Shown here: in pieces, positions 57,693-64,000 of the stretch
Layout: every line of letters begins with the position of its first letter
Numbering within the stretch: position 1 is the first letter of the stretch
NCBI RefSeq assembly: GCF_009914755.1
Contig: NC_060937.1
DNA length: 64,000 nt
Strand: one strand, 5' to 3'
Source of the DNA: the human T2T-CHM13v2.0 reference genome, Homo sapiens
Notes under the pieces: generated by a model
Databases searched by the model: none
Told to the model about the DNA's origin: nothing
What the model saw: only the letters and a program-made list of their open reading frames with translations
Program-made: the position numbers and the translations under genes

Positions 57693-57742
57693 GTGTGACA
57701 GAGATATATACTTTTAAAGCTGCTTCAGTATATTAAAAGTAG

Positions 57743-58133
57743 TGTGATGGTTAATACTGATTATCAATTTGATTGGATTGAAGGATACAAAGTATTCATC
57801 CTGTGTATTTGTGTGAGGATGTTGCCAGAGGAGATTAACATTTGAGTCAGTGGGTTGGGAAACGAAGACCCACCCTTAATCTCAGTGGGCACCATCTATT
57901 CAGCTGCCAATGTGGCGAGAATATAAAGCAGACAGAAAAATGTCAAAAGACTAGATTGGCCAGGCCTCCCAGCCTATATCTTTCTCCCGTGATGGATGCT
58001 TCCTTCCCTCAAACATCGGACTCCAAGTTCTCCAGTGTTGGGACTCAGACTGGCTCTCCTTGCTCCTCTGCTTGCAGACAGCTTATTGTGGGATCTTGTG
58101 ATCAGGTGATGTGAGTTAATGCTTAATAAACTC

Positions 58134-58180
<47 letters not shown>

Positions 58181-58225
58181 CAGATAGATCCTATTAGTTC
58201 TGTTCCTCTAGAGAACCCTAATACA
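57743..58225 (+). mobile_element. MLT2A solo LTR #1 with an internal (GATA)n, TSD agtag
   Basis: TGTGATGGTTAATACTG...GAGAACCCTAATACA. agtag at 57738-57742 and 58226-58230. (AGAT)n at 58134-58189. Confidence 0.93.
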
Positions 58226-58283
58226 AGTAGTAATACAGCTCTATTAGAAAAAAACACAGCTGTAAGATAATTTTATAAATATT

Positions 58284-58750
58284 TGTGGTGATTAATGCTA
58301 TGAACTTGATTGAATTGAAGGATACAAAGTATTGATCCTGAGTGTGTCTGTGAAGGTGTTGCCAAAAGAGATTAACATTTGAGTCAGTGGGCTGGGGAAG
58401 GCAGGTCCACCCTTCATCTGGTGGATACAATCTAATCCGCAGCCAGCAAACATAAAGCAGGCAGAAATACATGAAACGGAGATACTGGTATAGCCTCCCA
58501 GTCTACATCTTTCTTCTGTGCTGGATGCTTCCTGCCCTCAAACATCGGACTCCAAGTTATTCAGTTTGGGGCCTCAGACTGGCTCTCCTAGCTGCTCAGC
58601 TTTCAGACAGCCTATTGTGGGACCCTGTGATCATGTAAGTTAATACTTAATAAACTCCCCTTTACATATATATATATAAATACTATATATATAATATATA
58701 TAATTATACATAAATATATAAAATATATATGTAAATATATATTTATATAT

Positions 58751-58788
<38 letters not shown>

Positions 58789-59097
58789 CTACTATATCCC
58801 ACAAGTCCGTGCTGTTGGTGTTCATTATATGACAGACAACCTTCCTGGAGAAATAACAGCAAAGCAGCACAAGCTCTACTAATATATATTATATAATATA
58901 TAATTATATATTATATATATTATATAATATATAAATATATATATAAATATATATAATATATATTATATATAATATATATAATATATATTATATATAAATA
59001 TATATAAATATATATAATATATATTATATATAAATATATATATAAAATATATATATATCCTATTAGTTCTTTGTCCCTAGAGAACCCGACTAATATA
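58284..59097 (+). mobile_element. MLT2A solo LTR #2 with an expanded (TA)n array, TSD atatt
   Basis: TGTGGTGATTAATGC...GAGAACCCGACTAATATA. atatt at 58279-58283 and 59098-59102. Confidence 0.92.
58786..58882 (+). repeat. 97-bp direct duplicate of 59682-59778 embedded in (TA)n
   Basis: Base-by-base match with 2 substitutions. Also visible as near-identical N-termini of ORFs 58640-58870 and 59539-59766. Confidence 0.97.
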
Positions 59098-60963
59098 ATA
59101 TTTAAGCTACTGTATTGAGGAATCTCAAATCAGAGAGTATAAATGAAATATTTCATTACTAAATGTATCATGCTCTGTCAAATTTTCATGTTGTATCTCT
59201 TAACGATATCTTGAGCAGATTTCACAGTTTTGTGAAGACTTTAAGGTTTTTAAAAGTCAATCAATTTAAGGATAATGTAATTTAATCTTTCCCCTTTCTT
59301 CATGTCCAGACCCCAGTTCATGTTTTATCTGAAACTCTAAATTATAGAAATAAAAAGGGATGTTTATGCTTAGTTTTGAGCCACGGTTTCCATTTTATCT
59401 CTTTAAGGCTACGTTCTTCTGAAGTATTACAGAGAAAGGGAAAAACTGGGGAAGAAGGCATGTCTTTTCACCCAGTTGGCACTAGCTTCTTTCTACTTTG
59501 CTGTTTTTGACTCTCTTTCTGGTTGACACAGATTGCCATTAATGTCCCCTCTGTGGAACAAATCCCAGGGTTACCTCTTTCAAAGGTTTCATGTGTGAGT
59601 TCTTAAGTGGCCCTGGGTATTCCTGGCTCTGGAGACCCAGTTCTACCTTGTCTTTTTCAACAAATTTTCCTTGCTTCTTACTAACTACTATATCCCACAA
59701 GTCCGTGCTGTTGGTGTTCATTATATGACAGACAACCTTCCTGGAGAAATAACGGCAAAACAGCACAAGCTCTACTAAATTCTGGGGAGTCCATGTACCC
59801 TATGAAAAACTTGCTGTTTCTGTTGTAGTAACAGTGGGAATTGTTGCTACTTCCTTATCACTTTTCTCTCTGCTCTGAGATCTCTCTCCAACTCTCTTCT
59901 CCATTGCTTACAGGTGCACAGGGGAAGGTTAGCAAAACTTTTGTTTAGCAGAGATATCAATGACAAATGAAATGTTAGCCCCCTCACCTTTTCTTTTCAG
60001 AGTATAAATATCCTCTCACACATACATATAATGGGCTAATGGGAGAAAAAAAAACATATCAAAGCTTAAATATTGCCCTCCTCTCAACTTGACATACTGA
60101 TGGTGCATCTGCGTCTACCTCTCTTCCACACTCTCCTTTATCCTTTGTTCTTTCCTGGTATTTTTATAGAGACTGGGAATTTGGGAAATTCATCATGACC
60201 ACCTCTTAGTCCTAATAAAATCCCCTGACTAGCTCTTTATAAATGTGGCTTAATTTTGGTATTTCCTTCACTGTAATTCTATTTAAATGGGAAAAGCAAT
60301 ACTCAACACCCTACTTTCTCATAAAGATCAATATATATTCTGGCTTTTACTTTGGACTATTCTAATTTAAATTTATATTCTAACTTTCTGAGTTTCTTAT
60401 TCCCAAGTAATTGTAACATATTGTACAATTTTTTTTTAGAAAGTATGTGTTTCATGTAAGAATGAATACATAATGTATAACCTATGAATGGATTACTGCA
60501 TTAAAACTTAATTATAGATGAGTTTGAATTTATATTGCATTATTTAATATAATTGTGCTTTTTCTTCCTTCTAGTTACAAGAATTATTATAGTAAATAAA
60601 CTTAGTTCTCTCTTCTCTTAAACTATATTTGACATTCACTTAGAAACTTTGATATAACTTTTACTATGCCAAAAGTTATCAGTTATTTTTATAAGAAAAG
60701 TGACAATTACATAGTATTTAGTTTTCAGAAATTATATATGTATATATTTATATATAACTGCTTTTTGTATAGATATATTTTTCTTATTGCAATTAATTTT
60801 AACTTTCAGTATAATTTTAGGGTAGCAATATACAGAATCATATTTTCAATGTGCTGTTATTTATTCTTATTTTTAGGACTTTTCATTGAAAATAACTTAT
60901 TTAATAATATGGAATAAAGAAAAATTTTATTTTGAAAAAGTTGATTTATTTTGGGTAAGTAAT

Positions 60964-62195
60964 AAAAGATGGTTAAATTTAGGCATCCGAAACTCCTCTC
61001 CTCCATTAAAAACACTCAAACTAATAAGTAGACAATCACACTCTGAATAGATCATCCAAGAACACTGAAATTCAACAGAGAAGTGACAGAAAACACTTAA
61101 GGCAAGGCAAGAGAGAGAAGAGATTGACTGGGAGTCTGGAGCTCCCCAGTGCGAGGAAAGGGTAAGAGAGTGGCTCCCAGTGGTTCACATTTCCACCGAA
61201 GAGCCCTGCAATCCTAGCCACAGGAGAGCCACTTGACCCTTGTGGACCTTGAAACTAATGTAGGAGCTGCCTGGACACCACATGGAGGCATTGCTCCAGA
61301 GAGGAAGCTCATGATGGGTCCTACAAGTTTTAAGGAGCTACAGCAAGGCATCATTTTGAAAACCTATCTCCCACCAGACTGCATTCTGTTCTTGGGCTCA
61401 ACAGCCGCTGTGTCTTGTCTCTACATCCCTGAAGACCCACTGACAACCCCATCCATAGCCACTGTCATTGATGGCTGCTGCCACCAGGACTAAAGTGTGA
61501 GCCACTGGCAGTGACCTTCCTGCTCCCAGCAAAGAGACTGCAATGCATTTACACAATCCCTGAGAATAGGTTCCTTGACCTGAAGCCACCACTGCTACTG
61601 GCTGCTGCTCCTGGGTCTAAAACACAAGCCACTGGCAGCATCCCTTCTGCCCTCAGCAATGGGCCACCATGTATTTATAAGTGCCCTGAAGACAGGCTCC
61701 TCCACTTGCAGCTGCTATCTGGGGACAAAGTGTGCACTCTCCAGCTGCTTGCTTATGGTTGCTCTCACTTAAAGAACCCCTCCCTGATCAGCAGCAAGGC
61801 TGCAGTGCAACAACTACTGCCAACACCTGAGCACTCTATTAGGGGCCTGGGAATCACCCAATGTTTGCCCAAAACAGCCAGCATCAACATGCACCACCAG
61901 AGTGCCTGACAATAGACCCACCTGGCTCAGCAATGCCTGTCCTCCGCCTGGTGCCCAAGAATGCTCTTCAGGGGCCCGGGGATCACCCTGCCCTGTCTAC
62001 CATTGTTGGCACCTAAGCACTCCCCTTGGAAGCCTGAGGATAGGCCCACCTAACCTTTGACTACTACCACAGCTGGTACTTCCTGACATGTGTTATTTGT
62101 GAACCTGAGGACTGACCTGTTCAGCCCATTTCAGCCACTGCTAAAATCAATGCAGACTACTTGGGAGTCAGAATGTTAACCAGCCACTAATAATG
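60964..62195 (+). mobile_element. Old L1 (L1M/L1MA-type) 5' UTR with degenerate internal tandem units
   Basis: 'aagatggtt' start, GC-richer composition, and repeated 'ccactg...ggctgctgc...agccactggcag' units at ~61460 and ~61588. Confidence 0.65.
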
Positions 62196-64000
62196 TCAAT
62201 ACCACAAGCTAGACCAACCAAGAATAAAATAAAGAAGACCCAAATAAACAAAATCCAAAATGAAAAGGGAGATATTACAGTTGATACTACAGAAATAGAA
62301 AAGATAATCAGAGATTATTATGCATAACTATACCCCTCACTGAAAAATCCAGGAAAAAAATGGATAAATTTCTGGACAATTGTTATGAACAACTATATGC
62401 TAACAAATGGGAAAATCTAGAAAAAAATGAATAAATTCCTGGACACATAACACCCTCCAAAAATGAATCAGGAAGAAATAGAAAATCTGAGTAGTCCAAT
62501 AATGAGTACTGAGATTGAATCAATGATAAAACAAAGTCTCCCAACAATGAAGAGCCCAGGACGAGAGGGCTTTATTGCCAAATTCTACTACACTTACAAA
62601 AAGCTAAAACCAGTTCTCCTCAAACTATTCCAAAAAGTCCAGGGGGAGGGAATTCTCCCAAATTCATTCTACGAGGCCAGCATTACACCGATACCAAAAC
62701 CAGACAAGGAAACAAAAACAACAATGACCACAAAACTATGTCCCTGATGAACATAGGCACAAAAATCCTCAACAAAGTTCTAGCAAAGCAAATCCAACAG
62801 CACGTTAAAGAAAAGTTTACCATGATCGAATGAGAATTATCCTAGGGATACAAGGATGGTTTAACACACACACAAATCAGTAAACATGATAAATCACATA
62901 TACAGCATGAAGGACAAAAACCTTTGATCATTTCAATAGACACATGAAAAGAATTTAATAAAATTCAACATCCCTTCCTGATAAAAGCTCTCAACAAATT
63001 AGGAATAGAAGAAATATACACAGAACACATTAGTAGTAGTATAGCCAACTAATCCTATACAACATTTTCCTAGAAGTTCTAGCCAGAGGAATCAAGGAAG
63101 AGAAAGAAATAAAAGACATTCAAGTTGAAAAAGAGGAATTCAAATGTCCCCTCTTTGCTAATGACACTATTATATACCTAGAAAAACTTAAAGATTGGTT
63201 CTCCAAACCCTAAGATTTAATAAATAAATTCAGTAAAGTTGTAGGATAAAAAAATCAATGTACAAAAAATCAGTAGCATTTCTATACATCAATAATGAAC
63301 TAGCTGGGAAAGAAAGCTGAAAAGGAACCATACTTACAATAGCTAAAACAAAAAATACCTAGAAATACATTGAAGGAAGTAAAAGACATTTTAAAAAAGG
63401 TAAAGATCTATTAAAAAGGAGGTAAAATACTTTCAAAAGGGAAACCTACAAAACACTGATAAAAGAAATTGAAGGAGACACAAGGAAATGGAAAAACATT
63501 CCATGCTTATGAATTAGAAAAGTTAATATGGTTATAATGACCATACTACTCAAAGCAATCTACAAATTCAATAAAATATCTATCAAAATAAAAATGACAT
63601 TCTTCACAGAAATAGAAAAAAAATAAAATTCATATTGTACCACAGAAGAGCATGAATAGCCAAAGTAATTCTGAGCCAAAATAACAAAGCTGGAGGCATC
63701 ACATTACCTAACCTCAAAATATATTTCAAGGCTACTGTAACAAAAACAGCAATAAATTGGCACAAAAACAGACACATAAACCAGTGGAACAGAATAGAAA
63801 ACCTGAAAATATATCCATGTATTTACAGCCAATATATTGTCAAGAAAAGCATCAAGAACATCCACTGGGGAAGGGACACCCTATTTAATAAATAGTGCTC
63901 GGAAAACTGGATAAACACCTGATGAAGAATGAAACTGGACCCATATCTCTCACCATAGTCACAGATCAACTGGAGGTGAATTGAAGACTTAACTGTGAGA
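62196..64000 (+). mobile_element. L1 ORF2 (L1MA-type), decayed, runs off the window end
   Basis: ORF 62463 (NQEEIENL...KSPG..GF...[15 protein letters not shown]) plus continuous ORF2 homology with frameshifts. Confidence 0.92.

Noticed and set aside
57743-59097. Single HERVL provirus with a deleted interior
   Set aside because: Each LTR has its own different TSD, so these are two separate insertions.
58640-59766. Two minus-strand ORFs with the same N-terminal peptide, resembling paralogous small genes
   Set aside because: They arise from the 97-bp DNA duplication, and one runs into (TA)n. There is no coding evidence.
61233-61909. GC-richer block with 86- and 132-aa ORFs as a possible exon or promoter
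   Set aside because: CpG-depleted, shows L1M 5' UTR tandem-unit structure, and abuts L1 ORF2.

Overview
AT-rich, CpG-poor, repeat-dense primate intergenic DNA, most likely human or another anthropoid given the Alu, L1PA and THE1 content. I see no host protein-coding exon, RNA gene or CpG island. The recognisable ORFs are decayed transposon frames: L1 ORF2, Tigger1 transposase, THE1 internal and antisense Alu. The window contains L1 fragments of several ages, including a 3.4-kb L1PA7/8-like copy whose 413-aa RT frame has a dead FADN motif. It also holds Alu fragments, MIR/L2 relics, a 5'-truncated Tigger1, a two-LTR THE1 provirus and several solo LTRs (MST, MLT1, MLT2, LTR40-like, MER67-like). 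I found no convincing new multi-gene system. The most unusual signal is a set of DNA-repair scars. A 97-bp segment from 896 bp downstream has been captured inside a (TA)n array, and several short fold-back inverted duplications sit inside otherwise recognisable transposons. There is also a triple-octamer palindrome and a 27-unit GGAA microsatellite. Repeat subfamily names come from remembered consensus sequences and should be confirmed with RepeatMasker/Dfam.
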